Positions 39,183 through 50,800 of a stretch of 64,000 bases of DNA are shown here, in pieces (the stretch's first letter is position 1; every line of letters starts with the position of its first letter). The notes under the pieces were generated by a model that was not told the DNA's origin, ran no database searches, and saw only the letters and a list, made by a program, of their open reading frames with translations. Source of the DNA: Octopus sinensis (Eukaryota); NCBI RefSeq assembly GCF_006345805.1, contig NC_043018.1, forward strand, positions 10,912,001 through 10,976,000, written 5' to 3'. A program made the position numbers and the translations under genes.

Positions 39183-39259
39183 AAACTTACGACCCGTGAA
39201 TTGGTTTTTCTTCGATTCGAACTCGATCCAAGTTAAACCATTTCACAGGTCGTAAGTTT
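39183..39259. promoter_or_regulatory. Putative ZZZ3 promoter/first non-coding exon region with inverted repeat carrying GTAAGT donors on both strands
   Basis: 25-bp arms (23/25), TCGA-rich 27-nt spacer, about 850 bp upstream of the ZZZ3 ATG. Confidence 0.4.
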
Positions 39260-40100
39260 CTTTTTTTTAGTAAATTTTTGCTATTTTTCGAAAAAAAAAG
39301 ATTTCAAATTTGTCTTCTATAAACTCTGTCTCATACAATTAAATAAAAATTCTTTTAATTAAAAATTTTTATTCCTCGCCGCAGCCAAAACTTAAAACAC
39401 AGGCGATGTCGTTTGTTTTCAATCTTCCTTGATTCCAAGCCATGGAAAATTATTCCCTTGCTTGGAAACAAGTGCTGGTGAAAAACAGAAAGAGTATCCT
39501 GCTGTAGAAAATATTCCTCGGTTTGTTGTCCTTTTAATGACGGACTGCAAATGTGGTTCATTCAACTTGCTAGAAAGATCAGCTTAATCATCTCCAGACC
39601 TTCCACTCACATCTTAACAAAATAGGTTTGCTTCGATGATGTTACAATGAGTGGCATTCTTTCGATATAACTCTACAAAATCAAAACATTTCACTTGGGG
39701 TATTTCCGTGGAAGCAAATGACATTTCGATTCTGTTTTCTGCTTGGAAATTTTCGGATTTCACATACACACCTGAAACAGGTAAGAACAAATATGCAAGG
39801 CTTTTTCTTCTTCAAGTTTCAAATGAGACATTGCTGGCATAATTTCGTTATTTCTATTATTCCACAACCCACGGAAATACCCCAAGTGAAATGTTTTGAT
39901 TTTGTCGAGTTATATCGAAGGAATGCCCTGAAAGAAATGTTATTTTCTATTTAGTAAAAATCAAATTTTTTAAATAATATTTATAAAAGTATATTTTATT
40001 TTTTTTTAAACAAGGTATTCTCCACATGATTGCTCAACCTGCTAGAAATAGCAACCAATTCTCTATGATTTTGTGAAGGTTTTATACTGTGAGAACAACA

Positions 40101-40530
40101 ATGGAAACCCAGGTCGAAAATTCTCCTTGCCTCCCTCAAAACAGCCCCACTTATGAAATCGATGAAAAAGACAGCCCTTACTACTTTGAATCTGACCATA
40201 CTGCCCTCAGGTGTAACCCTGATTACTGCAACCTTCTCAAGGCGCTCTGCCGGCTCGAATCGCAGCGGATAAAGGCCATTCAGGACATTGACCAACTTTA
40301 TAAGTGCCAAGAATCAGCTCTTAAGGATCCGATTGCATTTGTTGAACAGCTGCAGCGTGGTGAAGACTTGAACTTCCCGAAGCGGCAAACGGTCGCCGAA
40401 ATCCCTGTGATAAACTGGGAGGCTTACACTTCCAAGAAAGACATCGCTGCCTACTGTACCTCAAGACACATGACCCGCAAGAAGAGACCGGGTCCAAGCA
40501 TCAGTTGTCTACAAGGCAGCAGTTATATGG
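40101..40530 (+). CDS. ZZZ3: ZZZ3 coding exon 1 (METQVENSP...GSSYM, phase-1 donor G|GTAAGT)
   Basis: Open frame with conserved [16 protein letters not shown] block; in-frame TGA at 40074 upstream; possible acceptor AAG at 40076-40078, so the ATG start is likely but not proven. Confidence 0.9.
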
Positions 40531-43056
40531 GTAAGTAATAATTTCTCTCTATATAACTATAGGTGCAGACCCTTGCTTCTCGACTATGTGGTTCTAGGTT
40601 CAGATCCACTGCATGGCACCTTGAGCAAGTGTCTTCTACTATAGCTTTGAGTCTTGTGAGTGGATTTGGTAGATGGAAATTGAAATAAACCCATTGTATA
40701 TATATGTGTGTGTGTATGTGTCTTTTTGTCTCCCACCTCTGCTGTTGGTTGTTTATGTTCCTGTAACTTAACATTTCAGAAAAGAGGCCAATAGAGTAAG
40801 TACTAAGCTTTAACCCTTTAGCATTTAAACCGGCCATATCCGGCCTTTTTTATGTTCAAACTGGCCATATCTGGTCTCTCACACCAACCCTACAATATCG
40901 TTTTTAAAATTAACAGCTGCCTCATCAAAATCTCATAACTACAAGATAATGCATGATTAGTTCAAAACAATGTGGATAAAGAAGCATTAGTTTTGGTAGA
41001 GTAATGTGAACACTAAAGGGTTAAAAAAAAAGTCCTGAGTTTGATTTTTGCAACCCCTTCAAGGTGTTGCCCCAGCATGGCCACAATCACATGATTGAAA
41101 GAAGGAAATGATAGATGGTAACTTGTGCAGCTAAGAAGCTCACATACATACATATGTCCACAGCTACATGCCATACATACATCCATATGTATGTGTGTGT
41201 GTAAACCCATTTCAATACACGTTGGCATTCCATCAGTTACATTCTGAGTTCAAATTCTGCCAAGGTCAGTATTGCCTCTCAACCTTTCAGGGTTGATAAA
41301 TTAAGTACCAGTGAAAGACTGGTGGGGGTCAGTGTATTCAACTAGGGCCCATGTCCTTCTTGCAAGTTTCAGGCCTTGTGCCTTTAATACAAAGGATTAT
41401 TATTATTATTAAGGTGGTGACAAGGCAGTGAGGTGGGGGAAATCTTTAGCCAGACAAAATGCTTTTCCTTGTCTTCACGTTTCTGAGTTCAGGTTCTACC
41501 AAGGTTGATTTTGCTCTTCTTCCTTTCAGGGTCGATAAAATAAGTACCATTTGAAGACTGGGGAGGGAGAGGTCATTGCAATCGACCACTCTCTGACCCC
41601 TGCTAAATTTCAGGCCCTGTGCTTTGCAGCATTTCATCCATCCTTACATCCTGAGTTCAAATTCTGCTGGCAGAGTCGTTAGCACGCTGAGCAAAATGCT
41701 TAGCAGTAGTTTGCCTGTCGCTATGTTCTGAGTTCAAATTCCACTGTGGTTGACTTTGCCTTTCATCCCTTTGGGTTCGATAAATTAAAGTACCAGTAAA
41801 ACATTGGGATCGATGTAATCGACTAGTACCCCTCCCAAATTTCAGGCCTTGTGCCTGTATCAGAAAGGATTATCATTATGGCAGTGAGCGGCAGAGTGCT
41901 TTGTACCCTTTCAGCTAGCTTTATGTTCTGAGTTCAAACTCCACTGAGATTGGTTTTGCCTTGAATCCTTTTGGGGTCAATATAATAAGAACCAATTGAA
42001 CACTGGGGTTGATGTAATCAACTGACTCCCTACCCTGAAACTGCCAAAATTTGAAATCATCATTATTATTATTATTATTATTGCAGATGATGGTGATACA
42101 GATAGCATGTTTAGAACCGATTGTCCAAAGTCACAGACCGTTGTCCGTGGGAGATTAAAAGATGAAAATAAACCTGTCAGCTTCAACCAACTCTGGAGTG
42201 TAGACGAACAGAAAAGGTAAATAACATTGCATGTGTTTGTTGTGTTTGTTGTTGTTTAACCCTTTCGTTACTGTGTTTGTTTCAATTACTTTAAATATAA
42301 CAAAGAATTTAGTAAAAAAACTTAGTTATCATTAAGCTAGTGTTAGGAACATAAATTGCGACTAAGGTTTGGTGGAAGATTTTAATGCAAAACTTATGCA
42401 AACAAAACATTTGTACTCAGAGCCAGAGGCGGTTTCAGTTGGGTTGGTCACGAAAGGGTTAAACTGCAAGTCAGGTTTGTTGAAGAAAATCAATGATGAA
42501 AGGGACTTTTGTCTGCAACCATCCGACCCCTGCCAGTGTGAAAGGAGGAGGAGGATGTTAAATGATGATGATGATGACCAAGAGTTACATTGTCCAACCT
42601 AACTCTTAATTAAACCATTTTATTTTACTTCTTTCAGTCATTTGGCTGTGGCCATGCTGTAGCACTACCGTGAAGGATTGTAGTCAAACAAATTGACTCC
42701 AGGACTTATTTTCCTTAAGCCTCGTACTTATTCTATTGATCTCATTGTACTCAACTGCTGGGTTACAAGGATGTCGCCAGTACTGCCTGACTGGCCCTCA
42801 TGCTTGTGGCTCATAAAAGCACCCACTACACCCTTTGAGTGGTTGGCGTTAGAAAGGGCATCCAGCTGTAGAAACTCTGTCAAATCAAGATTGGAGCCTG
42901 GTGCAGCCTTCTGGCTCACCGGTCCTCAGTCAAACCGCCCAACCCATGCCAGCATGGAAAGCAGACGTTAAAGGATGATGATGATGCTGGCATGGGTGGA
43001 TGTGTGTGTGTGTGTGATTATATACACCTCATTTGTATATATGGTTTATGTATGTA

Positions 43057-43112
<56 letters not shown>

Positions 43113-44808
43113 ATTATGAAGATTTATAAACATACTTTCCCAGTGATACTCAGTTTACCTACCATTATAAACAATACCAAATGTTCTTTCTCAAACCTTT
43201 CATAATGTGATACAAGTCTTTGGTGTAGCAATTGCACACAGCTGAAGAGGGCTTTAAACTATCTGTTATGTCGATTATGCATTGATGTAAGAATAAGTTG
43301 TTTTATAAAGCTTGAAACATATGTACCGCGACATCCTTTGTGTCCTGTTTTTCATTTTTTATCATTTGATACATATATCCTCTCACCTACGCTACTAGCT
43401 GGCATATACAGGTGCTTACATTTATCAAGTATTCACCCTGAATTTATTATATATATATTTGTGTGTGTTTTTGTGTCTGTGTTTTCCCCACTGCCACTTA
43501 ACCGATGTTAGTTTGTTTACACCTCCATAACTTAGCAGTTCAGCCAAAAGAATGATAGAACAAGTTTACAAGGAAAAATAAGTCCTGGGTTGAATTTATT
43601 GGACTAAAACCCTTCAGGGCAGTGCTCCAGCATGGCAGCAGTCCAACGTCTGAAACAAGTAAAAGAAGAGGAAGCAACAACATGACCGTATCCAGTTTTG
43701 AAGTTTTAAATGGCATTTATTCTCTATTTTCCAAGGTTGGAAGAACTTTTGGTAAAACACCCTCCTGAAGAAATCGAGTCTCGGCGCTGGCAGAAAATTG
43801 CTGCTGCTTTGGGCAACAGGACAACGCAACAAGTATGTATTAATTTTTGAATCTGGAAACAGCAAAAGCTTCAGACAAAATTCCTTTCTGTTTAGCTCTC
43901 ACCTTGTGAAATTTTAAAATTAAGTGAAAATTTTCAAATTTGGTATATTGATGTAATTTTTCATGCTGTGTTGTTATTTGCTTGTTCCAGAAATATATTA
44001 GTAAAATGTTACAGAGGTTTAAAGTTTGGTTAAAAATAAATAATAATAATGAAATTATTGTATACAGTGCTCAGGTGCACCACAACTTGTCAGAAAGTGC
44101 GTATAAAGTATATGCAGTAATGTACAAATGTCTGGAAAGCGAACAATGTATGAGTCAGATACATGCTTGTATGTGTATGGAGGGGAGACAATCAGGTGTA
44201 GTGTTGGCGGATTTTTACCCAATCAGAAGACAGGATTTGGAAGCTTTTTTTTTCTCATTTTGCAAGGCATGGAAATAACAGAAAAAGGAAAAAACCTCAA
44301 TGACATTTTCTTTATTTTTGTGAAAAATTACAAAAAGAAAAGAAATGAATTTCATTTCCTTAATTAGCTTACAAAACTACATCAATACACCAAATTTCAA
44401 ATCAACTGGCACAAAATTAAAACTAAATCGATTGGAACAAAATTAAAAGACTTGAAAAGTGTGAGCCAAACAGGAAAGGTCCCAGGGCAGTTTTTATCTT
44501 CTGATTTAGTGCTGGGGTTACATTTTGCTTTTCATACTTGCGTGGTCAATAAAGTAAAATACCCTTCAAATATTGAGGTCGGGATAATTGATTAAACCCT
44601 TTCCTCAAATCTGTGAACCTGTGTCTGTTAGAAATCATTTTCGTTATTAATTAGGCACAGGTGTGGCTGTGTGGTAAGAAGTTTATTTCCCAACTACACG
44701 CTGTTGGGTTCAATCCCACTGCATGGCACCTTGGGTGTCTTCTACTATAGCCAAGGGCCAACCAACTTGTAAGTGGATTTGGTAGATGGAAACTGAAAGA
44801 AACGCATC

Positions 44809-44839
<31 letters not shown>

Positions 44840-47800
44840 CTCCCACCCCACCCCACACCACTTGATAACTGGTGTTGGTGTGTTTACATCCTTGTAACTT
44901 AGTGGTTTGGCAAAAGACCAATACAGTAAATACCAGGGTTTTTAAAAGTAAGTGTTGGGGTCAATTCGTGCAACTAGAAATTCTTCAAGGAGATGCCCCA
45001 GCATGGCCACCGTCTAATGACTGAAACAGTTAAATGATGAAAGATATCCATAAAATTTCAATGATTCCCGAGTTTAGGTAGTAGGGGCATTGTAGTATAA
45101 CCCTAGGTCGTCCCTGATTGAGTAGGACCATTCTAGCCTTGACCATCTCACCTTTTTACAACTATTTTACAAGACTATATTGACTTATTTTTTAATTTTT
45201 TTTTTTTCTGTAGGTTGCCAGCCGTGTACAGAAATATTTCATCAAGTTAGCCAAAGCTGGTCTGCCAGTGCCCGGTCGGACACCAAATCTGACATCTTAC
45301 ACACGAAAGGTGGGTATGCAATGCCGTCCACTGCAGTCTTGTGTTGACTTCAGCTTCAAGAATTTGTCTTCTGTTACATTTATATGTTTTCCTCCCCTAC
45401 TCTGGAGGTGCATGGCTTAGTGGTTAGGGTGTTGGACACATGATCGTAAGATTGTGGTTTCAATTCCTGAACCGGGCAACACATTGTATTCTTCAGCAAA
45501 ACACTTCATTTCATATTGTTCCAGTCCACTCTGCCGGCCAAAATGTGTAACCCTGCAAGGGACCAGCATCACGTCCAGGTGAGGAATTCATACACCTTGG
45601 AAACTGGGAATCTGGCCCTTATGATTCGACATGACTCGAAATGGTAACTTTTACTTTTACTTGGTCTCCTCTGGACCTTTGTTTTATCAGGCATGGCTTT
45701 ATAGTTAAAAGTTTGGTTAAAAAACCAAATGGTTTTTGAGTCGGGTCCTGTTGCCTGGCATTTGGGCAAGTATCTTCTACCATAGTTCCAGGATGGCCAA
45801 TATCTTGTCAGTTGGTTTTCAGCTCAGAAACTCAAAAACCCTTGATATATAGCTACATGTTTGGGTGTGAGTGTGTACATGCATGTACCCATGTGGTGAA
45901 ATCATGTGGCTTAGTGGTTAGGTGTGTTTGGCTGACAATCACAAGGGGGTTCAATTGCTGGCAGCACATTGTGTCCTTGAGCAAGGCACTTTACTTCCTG
46001 TTGCTCCAGTCCATCCTACTGGCAAAAATGAGTGGTACCCGTACTTGAAAGGACCAATCTTGTCACATTCTGTGGCATCCATCTGGCTGTATAAAGTCTG
46101 ATGGTGAGCTGGCAGAAACGTTAGCACGCCGGGCGAAATGCGTAGCCGTATTGCGTCTGCCGTTACGTTCTAAGTTCAAATTCCGCCGAGGTCGACTTTG
46201 CCTTTCATCCTTTCGGGGTCGATAAATTAAGTACCAGTTACTCACTGGGGTCGATGTAATCGACTTAATCTGTTTGTCTGTCCTTGTTTGTCCCCTCTGT
46301 GTTTAGCCCCTTGTGGGTAGTAAAGAAATATATATAAAATCTGACTTGAGTTCCAATTGAACCTATCCGGCAGAAAAGAGGTGGCAGTTAAAATGAGGAT
46401 GACTTAAAAGCAAATAAAATTCTTTCGCTTTTCTTCCAGACTGGACATCGACACCAACGCTACAATCGCTTCTACCACCAGTCAACGTTTCTCCAAGCAC
46501 ATGAGCTTCCGGTCTACATGTCTGACAATGATGATGAGAGCAGCCGCAGCATCGATGGCTGTAATTCATTGACAACTGATGCACTCCAAGCTGAGCACAT
46601 TAAGGACTTCACGGTGAGTATCATTCGGTCTCGAGTATATTCATGACTATGGCACATAAGAGAACCATCCGAACGTGGCCGTTGCCAGCGCCGTCCCGAC
46701 TAGCTCCCGTGCTGGTGGCACATAAAAAGCACCATCCGATCGTGGCCGTTTGCCAGCCTCATCTGGCACCTGTGCTGGTGGCACGTAAAAAGCACCCACT
46801 ACACTCATGGAGTGGTTAGCGTTAGGAAGGGCATCCAGCCGTAGAAACACTGCCAGACCAGACTGGGCCTGGTGCAGCCTTCTGGCTTCACAGACCCCAG
46901 TTGAACCGTCCAACTCATGCCAGCATGGAAAGCGGACGCTAAACGATGATGACGACGATTTATGCTGTGTGTATGTATACGTACGTATATTGAGATCCTA
47001 AAAACCTAGGGGTTTATGGGGACAAAAAAAAAGGCATTGGCGTGGGTGCTGGTGGCATGTAAAAAACATCCAGTACACTGTGTAAAGTGGTTGGTGTTAG
47101 GAAGGGCATCCAGCTGTTGAAACCAAACCAAAAGTAGAGTAAGGAAACTCCTTGAAAAGGTTGTATTAATATGCATTTTCGAATATATTAATTTGACTGA
47201 TATTTTCTGTATCTAAATATGTAAATACAACAGAACAATTATTGGTATTTCATGGTGGAATCACCAATCAAAGGTGTGATTCTCTCTATCCATAATTTTG
47301 GTGTCTTATACTCTGAATTTCTTGAAATTCTTTCAAATGATATTTGGATCTACTTGCCATAAAACGAGGAATTATCTTGGATGTGTATTCTACTTGCATT
47401 TATTGGTGTCTGATTGATTAATGTAATTAACCAAATTCATTTAAAACAGTACTTTATTGATATCTGCTTAGATTTTTTTAATCCCTTTTTTTATTCTTAT
47501 ATATCTTATATATCATCATCATTATCGTTTAATGCCCACCTTCCATTCTGGCATGGGTTGGATGGTTTGGCAGGAGCTAGCCAGGCAGAAAACTGTACCA
47601 GATATATATCAGGTCATCCCATAAGTTCTGTCCGATTTTACCTTTTTTAAATTTTAATGAAATTTAATAGTATTTAGAATGTATAATGGAATTAAAAATT
47701 ATTCTTATGCATTTGTGTACATTTAAACTAATTAAATATTAATTTACAGAATAATAGAATTAAAATTTCTCTGATTAAAACCATTTCTAACATGGAAGTA

Positions 47801-50800
47801 TCCAAAGAGCATTTCAGGCACATAATGATTTATGAATACAAAAACTGAAACTCTGCTGCCGAAGCGACTCGAAACATACACTTAGTTTATGGGAAAGAAT
47901 TCTTGAATACTTGGCTCATAAGGGCCAGTTTCCTGGTTTCATTAGCATATAGGTTTCCTACCTGGACGGGACGCCGGTCCATCGCAGGTGAACTGCTAGA
48001 TGCAGGAGGAAAGAGTGAGAGAAAGTTGTGGCGAAAGAGTCAGCAGAAGTTCGCCATTACCTTCTGCTGGAGCCGCATGGAGCTTAGGTTTTTTTGCTTA
48101 TAAACACACACATCGCCCGGTCTGAGATTTGAACCTGTGATCCCTTGACTGTGAATCAGCTGCTGCAACCACTAGGTCATGTGTCTCCACTAGTTACACT
48201 TTAACCCTTTAATATTGAAACCAGCCTTATCCGGTCCAAATATGCTACATGTTTTATGTTCAAACAGGCCATATCTGGCCTCTGAAACTTACCCTACAAT
48301 GTCATTCTAAAAATATACATGTTCTCATCAGCGAAATCTCAAAGCTCAGAGATAGAGCAGGATCACATAAAAACTGTGAATAAATAGGCCTCACTCATGG
48401 TAGAGGAGGAGTCTGAATGCTAAAGGACAGAAGCGAGAGATTTTTGTCAGAGAGCCAGGAAGAGACGGAGGCAGGTTGGTGTGAAAAGAGTTCAGGTTCT
48501 CTACCGAGCTGGATTCTCTTCCTTACGCTTACTGCTGCTCCTGTCAGATCATCATCATCATCATCGTTTAACGTCCGTTTTCCGCGCTAGCACGGGTTGG
48601 ACGGTTCGACCGGGGTCTGGGAAGCCAGGGGCCGCTCCAGGCTCCAGTCTGATCTGGCAGAGTTTCTATGGCTGGATGCCCTTCCTAACGCCAACCACTC
48701 CGTGAGTGGAGTGGGTGCTTTTTACGTGCCACCTGCACAGGGGCCGGGGGGGTCCGGCATCGGTCGCGATCGGTTCGAGCTTTTAACGTGCCAGCGGCAC
48801 GGGGGCAACGGGATCCGGGGTACTTTGGGGATCTGGGGTACTTTGGGGATCCGGGGTACTTTGAATGGGTAGGGGTGGGGAAGGTTGGGGGGTAAGGAGA
48901 GGAATAAAATTGGATGGTCACAACTGGATTGTCTTTGATCTGAGATTCATTCGATCAAAGCTGACCTGAGGGTGAAAAACAACGATTACTTAAATTTTCC
49001 TATAATTTTCTTTGTATATCTTTTAATTGCAGGATGATGATGACGATGACGACGATGACGATGATGATGATTATGACAATGAGGATGAAGATATCCCTCT
49101 GGAATTGAGAGACACAGCAGAATACATGGAACTCATGAAGCTGAAGAACTTGAAAATGTCTCGATTCAACACAGGACAGTGTCCGACATTGAAAGTAAGT
49201 AAAATACTTTTTACTCTTTTACTTGTTTCAGTCATTTGACTGCAGCCATGCTGGAGCACCGCCTTTAATCGAGCAACTCGACCCTGGGACTTATTCTTTT
49301 GTAAGCCCGGTACTTATTCTATCGGCCTCTTTTGCCGAACCGCTAAGTAACGGGGACATAAACACACCAGCATCGGTTGTCAAGCAATGCTAGAGGGACA
49401 AACACAAACACACACGCACACACACATACATATATATATATGTGATGGGCTTCTTTCAGTTTCCATCAACCAAATCCACTCACAAGGCATTGGTTGGCCC
49501 GGGGCTATATTAGAAGACACTTGCCCAAGATGCCACGCAGTGGGACTGAACCCAGAACCATGTGGTTGGTTAGCAAGCTACTTACCACACAGCCACTCCT
49601 GCGCCTATTGTTTTTAATTAATCCTGGATTATCTCATAGCTTTGCAATTTCAGTGATGTGATTGTTAAGCTTTAGGATGACATTGTAGATTAGGTGTGAG
49701 TAGCCTGATCTGGTCAGTTTGAACGTAAATCAGATAAGAATATTTGGGTCAGATATGGCCATAAAGATCATAAAAAGCACCCACTACACTAACGGAGTGG
49801 TTGGCGTTAGCCATAGAAACACTGCCAGATCAGACTGGGCCTGGTGCAGCCTTCTGGTTTCCCAGACCCCAGTTGAACCGTCCAATGGAAAGCATGGAAA
49901 GCGGACGCTAAATAAGGATGATGATGATGGCCAGTTTGAATGCCAAAGGGTTAAATTATTACTATCATTTGGGTTGGTCGATTCATTAGAGCAGCTTTTC
50001 CGCAGAATGCTAGGGATCCACAAAAGGTTCCTAGGGGTTCTGCTAGAAAGAGTGAGATAAGCTAATGCTAATTCCATGATTGTAATATTACTATACGTGC
50101 ACAAAATATTATTGGTTATTGTAATATTGTGACATACTTTTCTACTCTAGGCACAAGGCTCGAAATTTTGGGGTAGGGAGCCAGTTGATTAGGTTGACCC
50201 AAGTATGCAACTGGTACTTAATTTATTGTCCCCAAAATGATGAAAGGCAAAGTCAACCTCGGTGGAATTTGAACTCAGAACGTAAAGACAGACGAAATAC
50301 CTATTTCTTTACTACCCACAAGGGGCTAAACACAGAGAGGACAAACAAGGACAGACAAACGGATTAAGTCGATTACATCGACCCCAGTGCGTCACTGGTA
50401 CTTATGTAATTGACCCCGAAAGGATGAAAGGCAAAGTCGACCTCGGCAGAATTTGAACTCAGAACGTAGCGGTAGACGAAATACTACTAAGCATTTTGCC
50501 CAGCGTGCTAACGATCCTGCCAGCTCGCTGCCTTGCTACGGGGAATACGAATCTGCAAAAAAATTGGCAAAAATCAACATTTCTAAATTACTACCACCCC
50601 TACCCCCACTTCCTTCATTTTTCACTTTATACATAAATTTTTTTTCAAAATATGCGGAAAAATACGGACATTATGATTCTGAAAAAAATTTCCAAAACTC
50701 ACCGTAGCAAGGCAGCGAGTTGGCAGAATCGTTAGCTCAGAATGTAACGGCAGACGAAATACCACTAAGTATTTGCCCGGCATGCTAACGACTCTGCCAG

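Noticed and set aside
32670-46330. tRNA-like A/B box sequences
   Set aside because: They are heads of multi-copy SINEs, and no complete cloverleaf was seen.
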